From: Clostridia bacterium
GTDB lineage: Bacteria; Bacillota; Clostridia; CAKSNL01; HGM11501
Reading direction: 5' to 3'
DNA length: 64,000 nucleotides
NCBI GenBank assembly: GCA_045588365.1
Contig: JAZNEB010000024.1
Span: 114,854-178,853 of the forward strand
Below, piece after piece: positions 57,645-64,000 of the stretch. Below the pieces are notes generated by a model. That model was not told the DNA's origin and searched no databases. It was given only the letters and a program-made list of their open reading frames with translations. The stretch's first letter is position 1; each line of letters opens with the position of its first letter. Position numbers and translations under genes: made by a program.

Positions 57645-58403
57645 TTAGTTATACTTTATAACACAAGCTATACCGTAGCAAATGACAGTTGATACTATTT
57701 TAATTAAACCTATATTCAAGTCATCTCCTATAGGTATAAACCAGATAAGCTGCGCTACTAATAGGATAAATCCCTTATACAGGATATCCCCTTTAGCTGC
57801 GAAGCGATAGCTTACAATCGCGGTATATATGGGTTCTGCTACCATCCAAAAGAGAAAAGCAACCACTGCCACAGTACTGTATTTTGTAAATATCAGTAAT
57901 AAATCGACGAGATAGAAGCATCCTGAAGGAACAAAGCACAAAAGAAACCATTTAACACCGTTTTTGTGACGGAAAGATATGTACTTTATGAAGCAAGCAA
58001 TTGCAAAGCAAAGGGTGATTCCTATTATCTGATAAATACCTGCGGTAAGCTCCATTTCTGCTATCATAGGCCAGTCATTAATACTGTTTCTAAAATAAGG
58101 AATGAACCATAATATTTGAGGAGAAATCAAAGCAAGATACATAAATATAGCACTTTTCTTATTTATGAAATAATAACTCACTCCTGCAAGATATAATGGA
58201 TTTACCATAAACAAATAAAAACTGAACAAAAATAAATTCTGCAATTCATCAGAATCAGATAATTCCAAATACAGCTGAAAAACAGCCACAGGTAACAGGC
58301 AGAGTAAAATCCATATAGCCGCTTTTACAACAATTTTCAAAAATTTCATAAAAATCACTCCATGTCTAAGCTTTAAGTAAATTTTATTGATAATGCCTTC
58401 CAA
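57645..58403 (-). CDS. Polytopic membrane protein (about 7 TM), candidate immunity or export/holin-like partner
   Basis: 252 aa, hydrophobic helices throughout, Trp/Tyr/Phe-rich; sandwiched between the two PG-binding genes. Confidence 0.5.
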   Translation of the reverse strand: MEGIINKIYLKLRHGVIFMKFLKIVVKAAIWILLCLLPVAVFQLYLELSDSDELQNLFLFSFYLFMVNPLYLAGVSYYFINKKSAIFMYLALISPQILWFIPYFRNSINDWPMIAEMELTAGIYQIIGITLCFAIACFIKYISFRHKNGVKWFLLCFVPSGCFYLVDLLLIFTKYSTVAVVAFLFWMVAEPIYTAIVSYRFAAKGDILYKGFILLVAQLIWFIPIGDDLNIGLIKIVSTVICYGIACVIKYN

Positions 58404-58417
58404 AATTGTTCCTTAAA

Positions 58418-60136
58418 TTACTTCTCTATTTCCGTTTTAAAAGTTAAATTCGGCGCATGCTTTTTCGCTATATTTACGCCCCCTATGTTAAGTATAGATA
58501 GTGCCACATGCTCACAATTTTGCTCCAACAAGTTGTATTGAAAATTTTCTGCTATGGTTATGGCCACAGCCTGTTCAAACATTGCCTTGCCAAGTGCCGG
58601 TTTAATTGAATATTGAGAACTGTTTTCATACTGTTCTGATATGTATTTACCAGATGTTGACACTCCATAACTCTTTTTGTTTTCAAGAAAATACTGAGTT
58701 TCGTACTTTCCCAAAACACTTATTCTCATTTCTGAGTCAGAATCTTTTAATTTATCCTGATCTTGAGGATAAAAGCTAAATAAAACTCCTTCTCCACTTT
58801 CGTTGACCAGCAAAACTCCAGCATGTCCCATTCCACTGGCCCCATCTGAATCATTTAAATAGTATGCTGTCGTAATTGATGTATCATCGAAATTTCTCAA
58901 ATCTGTTATAGCATAGTTTGCAGTATATTCCGCTACCTTATCACCATTTCCAATTGCTATCTCGCGAACCTCTGTCAATTCTTCCATCAAAGCTTCTTTT
59001 GCAGGGGTATTATTAAAATCCTGTTCCTTGCGATAATCTGTATTTATAATATTTCTTTGATCCGGATTGTTAATAAAGTTACGCACTTCCTCCTCGTCAA
59101 ATCCATATTTACCTACAAAAGTATCAACCATTGTTGTAGCTGCCTCTTTAATTTTTTCTTCAGCCTTGTCTTTTATCCATTCTTTCGCATCTTCAGCTTT
59201 TCCTTTTACCCATTCTTCTGCCTCTTCAACTTTTCCTTTGGCGTATCCAAGTACACAATCAAAATCCAAATCTGCTACATTTCCATAGTACAGCTCTGCT
59301 TGGTCTGGTATTTCTGCTTTTTCTTCCGGCAAAAAGGAAATCTCAGCATTTGCCCCGTCATAGCTTTTCTTTCTTCTCACTTTTTCAGCCGTTATACCCG
59401 AAGTTTTTTTCCGTTTATCACTTATAGCTTTCCAGGTTTTATCACCTACAACACCATCGGGAAAAAGGCCGTTATCCTCCTGAAACTTTATGACGGCATT
59501 GAATGTGTTTTTGCCGTAAATGCCATCTTCCTCTAGCTTTTCACCTCTGCCGTCGGTATAGCCCATAGAATTAAGTTCCTTTTGTAATTCCTTTATGGTA
59601 TAAGGTGAGCCGGAATGTACCGAAAGCACAGAACCCTTTTCCTTCAGGCTTTCAAAATCTTCCTCATTTTCTGCGAAAGCATCCTCGGTTACCGCATTTT
59701 CCTTAATGCGGGCAGGGGAAGTTTCAAAGGCCTTGTCTATAGTGGCAAAAGCTCCGTGTTCCCTTGGATTATTAACATTATCCCGGGCTTCCACATCATT
59801 TTGCGGAGAGACTGCTCCGCTGTCTGTGTTGGAGAGGTTAGTATAATTTTCCTCTTCTTCCTTTTTCTTTTTATCCACCATAGATTTCCAGGTTTTGTCG
59901 CCCACAACACCGTCGGGAAAAAGTCCGTTGTCCTCTTGGTATTTTATGACAGCATTAAATGTGTTTTTGCCGAAATCTCCGTCCTCTGAAAGCTTCCTTC
60001 CCCAGGCGTCAGTATAACCCCACTCATTTAAGCTTTTTTGCATTTCGCGTATAGCGATTGGGTCTCCTGTATGGACAGATAGCGTGCTACCCTCATCTTT
60101 TAAGTCTTCAAATTCAATTTCGTTGTTTTTATTCAT
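58418..60136 (-). CDS. Tandem PG_binding_1-domain protein with C-terminal permuted papain-fold LRAT/NlpC-P60-like domain (His...NCEH); candidate toxin or lysin
   Basis: 572 aa, no signal peptide. Two peptidoglycan-binding repeats (aa about 20-85 and 170-235), a Lys/Glu-rich coiled linker, and C terminus TAYYLNDSDGASGMGHAGVLLVNESGEGVLFSF...YNLLEQNCEHVALSILNIGG. The NCEH with an upstream catalytic His is the hallmark order of LRAT-type permuted NlpC/P60 enzymes. Confidence 0.65.
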   Translation of the reverse strand: MNKNNEIEFEDLKDEGSTLSVHTGDPIAIREMQKSLNEWGYTDAWGRKLSEDGDFGKNTFNAVIKYQEDNGLFPDGVVGDKTWKSMVDKKKKEEEENYTNLSNTDSGAVSPQNDVEARDNVNNPREHGAFATIDKAFETSPARIKENAVTEDAFAENEEDFESLKEKGSVLSVHSGSPYTIKELQKELNSMGYTDGRGEKLEEDGIYGKNTFNAVIKFQEDNGLFPDGVVGDKTWKAISDKRKKTSGITAEKVRRKKSYDGANAEISFLPEEKAEIPDQAELYYGNVADLDFDCVLGYAKGKVEEAEEWVKGKAEDAKEWIKDKAEEKIKEAATTMVDTFVGKYGFDEEEVRNFINNPDQRNIINTDYRKEQDFNNTPAKEALMEELTEVREIAIGNGDKVAEYTANYAITDLRNFDDTSITTAYYLNDSDGASGMGHAGVLLVNESGEGVLFSFYPQDQDKLKDSDSEMRISVLGKYETQYFLENKKSYGVSTSGKYISEQYENSSQYSIKPALGKAMFEQAVAITIAENFQYNLLEQNCEHVALSILNIGGVNIAKKHAPNLTFKTEIEK

Positions 60137-60280
60137 TTTATCATCCTTTCGTTAATTTTGCAAGTGTATTTACTCGAGTAACCCTGCATATAATATTATA
60201 ACACATTTAACTTGATATGTCAATACTTATTTTGCTTCTAAAGTTATTTATAACCTTTGGAGCGGCTTTTAAAGCACATA

Positions 60281-60312
60281 AAAAAGCACCGCCTTTGGCG
60301 GTGCTTTTTTAC
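60281..60312. terminator. Palindromic terminator AAAAAAGCACCGCC-TTT-GGCGGTGCTTTTTT (copy 3 of 3)
   Basis: Between cassette 2 and the AKR gene; same stem as 22437 and 54944. Confidence 0.6.
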
Positions 60313-60327
60313 CTTTTAGTTGTCTAT

Positions 60328-61173
60328 TTATCTCTTTATAAGATTAAAATACTCATTATCCCAGCGGGTAGGATCCCAGTAGGAACGGGTGTTGGTGTCA
60401 AGCTGTGCAATTTTTACCATATCTTCATCGGTTAAAGCAAAATCGAATACATCCTTGTTTGCGATAATTCTTTCCTTTTTAACGCTCTTGGGAATAACTA
60501 CATGGCCTGACTGTACGTGCCAGCGAACCATTACCTGAGCGCCGCTCTTTCCGTACTGCTGACCGATTTCGGTGATTACGGGATTATCAATTAAAGAGTG
60601 GTCCCGTCCGCCAAGTGGGCTCCAGGCTTCAACCTGAATTCCCATAGCCTTGCAGTATGCCTTAACATTCTTCTGCTGATAGGAAGGATGCATCTCAACC
60701 TGATTGATTGCAGGAAGAGTGTAGCCTCTGTCAAGTAAAGCCTGAATCTGATAAGGCTCAAAGTTACTTACACCGATAACACGAATTCTCTTTGCCTCAT
60801 AAAAGGACATCAAAACTTCGTAAGCTTCAATGAAATTGGGAACGGGCCAGTGAAGTAAAAGCTGGTCCCAGTATCCCCCGGGAGCTATGGAAAGAGACTT
60901 TTCAATGCCCTCTTTAACTGTGTTGGCTCTTATATCAGCAGAAGCAACCTTGCTGGTTAAGAAAATTTCTTCTCTCTTTATTCCGCTTTCAATTACGCCC
61001 TTTGCCACGTCTTCTTCATTGTTGTATGCAACGGCAGTATCAATGTGGCGATAGCCTGCTTCAATAGCCCATCTTACGGCTGTGCTTGTTTCTGCACCGG
61101 GCTCTGAATGGAAAACGCCAAGACCAATCTGGGGAATTTCCACGCCGTTGTTCAATTTAATCATAGGTATCAT
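60328..61173 (-). CDS. Aldo/keto reductase (2,5-diketo-D-gluconate reductase-like)
   Basis: MIPMIKLNNGVEIPQIGLGVF...HIDTAVAYNNEE... AKR catalytic tetrad context; 281 aa. Confidence 0.8.
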   Translation of the reverse strand: MIPMIKLNNGVEIPQIGLGVFHSEPGAETSTAVRWAIEAGYRHIDTAVAYNNEEDVAKGVIESGIKREEIFLTSKVASADIRANTVKEGIEKSLSIAPGGYWDQLLLHWPVPNFIEAYEVLMSFYEAKRIRVIGVSNFEPYQIQALLDRGYTLPAINQVEMHPSYQQKNVKAYCKAMGIQVEAWSPLGGRDHSLIDNPVITEIGQQYGKSGAQVMVRWHVQSGHVVIPKSVKKERIIANKDVFDFALTDEDMVKIAQLDTNTRSYWDPTRWDNEYFNLIKR

Positions 61174-61187
61174 AATTATTTTCCTTT

Positions 61188-62237
61188 CTACGCTCTGTTC
61201 TTTTCTGCAAGATTTAAAAGAGCTCTTATATATCCGTAGGCATAAGCGGTCTCCGCATAACCTTTTGTTACATCAACCATTCTGGGAGTGTGGTCCATTA
61301 TAAGTGTGCCGTTATATCCCACTTCAGCTAAGGTTTTCATGATAGGAAGCATATCGTTGCTGCCCTCGTCTATAAAGGTTTCCTCAAAGAAAGGAAGCTT
61401 GCCACGGACATTTCTGAAGTGAACAAGATAAATCTTGCCTTTTTCGTTAAATTCACGGATAGCCTGGAAAATATCACCGAAGGTATCGGGCGCCTCTAAG
61501 CAGCATCCGCAGCAAAATTCCATTCCAAGGAAAGGACTGTCGCAAATGGAATATGCCTTTCTGTAATCGTCATAGTTTTTAATGAGGCAGGCAACTCCGC
61601 CCATGCTCTCAACAGGAGGGTCATTGGGATGAAGTGCCAGACGAACGCCGTATTCCTCGGCAAAGGGAATTACCTTTTTAATGAAGTAGGTAAAAGTGTC
61701 CCACATTTCATCAATGGTATATTCTCTTCCGTGAGTGAGACCTGTCTTTACAAAGGTTTCTCTGTCAATGGGCTTTTGAGTGTATCTGGTCTCTGTTGTG
61801 GTCTTGCCATCGGTAAATACGCTCATATCACATATTCTTGTAAGTGAACCGCCTCTTGCAGGTGCATCCCAGTCGCTTGCCCAGCAACCGTCAGGCTCCC
61901 AGGTAAAGGTAGTGGTGTGAATTCCTGCCTCGGATAAAATTTTAAGGCAGTCGATGAAATGAGCTATTGCCTCATCTCTCTTTTCTGTTCCCAAAATTAT
62001 ATCCTCGTTTTTAGCTATATGAACGGAGCCCACGTTAAAGAGTGTGATTCCGTGTTTTGCAAGACGGTCCTTTAAGTCCTTTATAAACTTAACGGTAAAC
62101 TGCTCTTCGCTTATCCAGGTATAGCCGTGATTTATTCCCAGCTGCTCTAAAAATATCAAATCGGCTTCCGTTGCCAGTGGGTCAATTTTCGCACAGAGCT
62201 TGATGCCCGGTGCTAAAACGGGTAAATTCTTATGCAT
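61188..62237 (-). CDS. uxuA: D-mannonate dehydratase
   Basis: ...AEEYGVRLALHPNDPPV... aligns with E. coli UxuA VGVRMAVHPDDPP; 349 aa. Confidence 0.75.
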   Translation of the reverse strand: MHKNLPVLAPGIKLCAKIDPLATEADLIFLEQLGINHGYTWISEEQFTVKFIKDLKDRLAKHGITLFNVGSVHIAKNEDIILGTEKRDEAIAHFIDCLKILSEAGIHTTTFTWEPDGCWASDWDAPARGGSLTRICDMSVFTDGKTTTETRYTQKPIDRETFVKTGLTHGREYTIDEMWDTFTYFIKKVIPFAEEYGVRLALHPNDPPVESMGGVACLIKNYDDYRKAYSICDSPFLGMEFCCGCCLEAPDTFGDIFQAIREFNEKGKIYLVHFRNVRGKLPFFEETFIDEGSNDMLPIMKTLAEVGYNGTLIMDHTPRMVDVTKGYAETAYAYGYIRALLNLAEKNRA

Positions 62238-62249
62238 AAAAACCTCCGC

Positions 62250-63275
62250 TTATTTGCAGGAAATAAGGATTTTTCCTATGTTCTTTCCGCTCATCATTTT
62301 AGCTAAAGCTTCGGGTGTCTCGGAAAGAGGATAGATGTCGGAAACAATAGCTTCCACGGGAAGATTCTTTGAAAGTTCCAAAAGAGCATCAACGCCGTTG
62401 GCAAAGTCCTCCTGAGAATATAATCTTGAACCTATAAGGGTCTGCTCCTTAAAGGAAACCTTACCTAAGATAAATTCAACGGGTGCTCCTGATAATCCTA
62501 AGGACATAACAGTTCCGCCAACCTTACAGATATCGGGAAGCACCAAAAGGCTTGCCTTTGCACCTGTTGCATCGATAACGATGTCAAAGCCGGCGCCTTC
62601 TGTCTTTTCCTTTGCCACTTCCTTAAGGTCTGCTTCCATGGGATTAACTGTGTCAAGTGAAAGCTTTTTAGCAAGATTTATTCTGTCGGGATTTATTTCA
62701 GATACGGTAACGCTCTTTGCTCCGAGTCTTTTTGCATAGCTTGCAACAACAAGACCGATTGTTCCTGCACCTGCGATAAATACCTTTGATTTTTCGTTTA
62801 CTCCTGCTCTTCTGCAAACGTGAGCTGCAACTGCGAAAGGCTCGGACAGTGCCGCTACCTCGTCAGATAATCCGTCGGGAGCTTTAACTAATTTATCAAC
62901 ATCTGCAACGGTGTATTCTTCAAATCCGCCGTTTTTGTGAATTCCCAAAAGCTTTAAATTTTCGCAGGCATTTGAGTAGCCACTCTTACATGCTGCACAA
63001 GTGCCGCATTCAACAACGGGGTTTACAACAACTCTGTCCCCTGCCTTAAGGTCGCCCTTATAACCTTCGGGGAGAGTTTCAATGACGCCTAAAATTTCGT
63101 GGCACAAAACAACGGGAGCTTTTGCGGTCATATGAAGTCCCTTATAAACTGTGATATCAGAGCCGCAAACACCGCCATATACCATTTTAAGAAGTGCCTC
63201 GTTTCCCCGGGGAATGGGCTTTTCAAGCTCGGTCATTTCTAAATCGTTCCAATTTTTCAATAAAGCTGCTTTCAT
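62250..63275 (-). CDS. Zinc-dependent medium-chain alcohol/polyol dehydrogenase
   Basis: GGVCGSDITVYKG...CHE..G (catalytic Zn), CGTCAACKSG (structural Zn), GAGTIGLV Rossmann motif; 341 aa. Confidence 0.75.
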   Translation of the reverse strand: MKAALLKNWNDLEMTELEKPIPRGNEALLKMVYGGVCGSDITVYKGLHMTAKAPVVLCHEILGVIETLPEGYKGDLKAGDRVVVNPVVECGTCAACKSGYSNACENLKLLGIHKNGGFEEYTVADVDKLVKAPDGLSDEVAALSEPFAVAAHVCRRAGVNEKSKVFIAGAGTIGLVVASYAKRLGAKSVTVSEINPDRINLAKKLSLDTVNPMEADLKEVAKEKTEGAGFDIVIDATGAKASLLVLPDICKVGGTVMSLGLSGAPVEFILGKVSFKEQTLIGSRLYSQEDFANGVDALLELSKNLPVEAIVSDIYPLSETPEALAKMMSGKNIGKILISCK

Positions 63276-63300
63276 TATTTAACAACACCTTTCTTATATG

Positions 63301-64000
63301 TTAAGCCAATGGCTTACGTGAAATCAATGTTTCAAATACTTCTTCTTGGCCTTTTTCAAGGACAATATATTCGCCGGGATGATTTAATGCATTTACGGGA
63401 GCTGACTGGGGCTGGATACTGATAAAGCCCTTATCTCCGCCCTTATTCCATACAACCCAGTTTTTGAAGTTAGCTGAACGCTTGTAGCAGTACTCACCTA
63501 TTGTTGCCGTGTTAAAGCCTGAATCGGTATAGATATTATGAAGGTCAAGTCCCTCTGTGTTTCTTCCTGAAACAATCTGTCTGTCCTGCTCGGTTAAAGG
63601 AATTTCCTTTATTGCTTCAAAGTTTTCACCTGTTTCCCATGCTTTTCCCAAAGAAATGGATACGATGGGACGGGCATAAAACATTGTGTGAACGCCGAAT
63701 ACCAAAGGCATATTGCCCTCGCCCGTATTGAGGATGGAAAATCTCTGTTTGAGACCTTCATCACTTAAAGTGCAGGTTACTGTAAGACGGAAGGGGAAAG
63801 GATATCTTTCGCCCTTATTTTCATATTCGCCGATTGCCATGCTCTTTGACTTATAGATAAGCTTCATGGGAGCACTGTGCATAGAGCCGTGAATTCTATA
63901 AGGCTTATCGGGATAGGGGTGTGTCATGGTGTACTGCTTGCCTTCGAAGGGGAAACCGTTATTTGTAAGACGGTCGGGAGGCAAAAGCATAGGTGTTCCG
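63301..64000 (-). CDS. Aldose 1-epimerase (mutarotase) family protein; start lies beyond the window
   Basis: Galactose-mutarotase-like beta-sandwich motifs (...HPGEYIVLEKGQ..., ...VVWNKGG...). The ORF is open at the window edge. Confidence 0.55.
   Translation of the reverse strand, partial: GTPMLLPPDRLTNNGFPFEGKQYTMTHPYPDKPYRIHGSMHSAPMKLIYKSKSMAIGEYENKGERYPFPFRLTVTCTLSDEGLKQRFSILNTGEGNMPLVFGVHTMFYARPIVSISLGKAWETGENFEAIKEIPLTEQDRQIVSGRNTEGLDLHNIYTDSGFNTATIGEYCYKRSANFKNWVVWNKGGDKGFISIQPQSAPVNALNHPGEYIVLEKGQEEVFETLISRKPLA

Overview
This is a Firmicutes (Clostridia-like) chromosomal segment of about 43% GC that mixes housekeeping operons with accessory cell-surface and toxin-like content. Housekeeping genes supported by sequence: pyrP-pyrR behind a PyrR-type attenuator, carD-like, cca, an LtaS-like sulfatase, proS, mreB, comEC-holA, tRNA-Arg(ACG), a Phe T-box leader followed by pheS-pheT, an acyl-ACP thioesterase, meso-DAP dehydrogenase, PBP1A, an LmbE/NagB-like pair, ilvB-ilvH, a yhhQ-family transporter, trehalase, and a uxuA/AKR/ADH/aldose-epimerase sugar-acid cluster. 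Three giant secreted proteins carry C-terminal triple SLH anchors. They are 926 aa with a perfect Ser/Asp tandem repeat, 3476 aa with discoidin domains and three internal repeats of about 1 kb, and 1757 aa with Cys-rich modules, the last read divergently from a membrane-bound LuxR-type regulator. The most unusual content is two related AT-rich cassettes at 16.5-18.5 kb and 55.1-60.1 kb. They encode signal-peptide-less proteins with N-terminal peptidoglycan-binding (PG_binding_1-like) repeats fused to different C-terminal enzymatic domains: a permuted papain-fold His...NCEH/NCS domain (LRAT/NlpC-P60-like), or an alpha/beta-hydrolase with a GHSKGG motif. Each is followed by polytopic membrane proteins and small N-terminally anchored paralogous proteins. 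The cassettes show module swapping through near-identical DNA blocks, a thrice-repeated toxin-end/immunity-start junction, a 5'-truncated toxin gene, an orphan immunity-like gene with a toxin 3' remnant, tRNA-derived att-like fragments next to cassette 1, and an orphan DNA methyltransferase plus palindromic 26-bp elements bracketing cassette 2. I read these as a candidate, apparently undescribed, polymorphic cell-wall-targeting toxin/immunity or lysin/holin-like system. All calls are from the sequence alone; no database search was possible.
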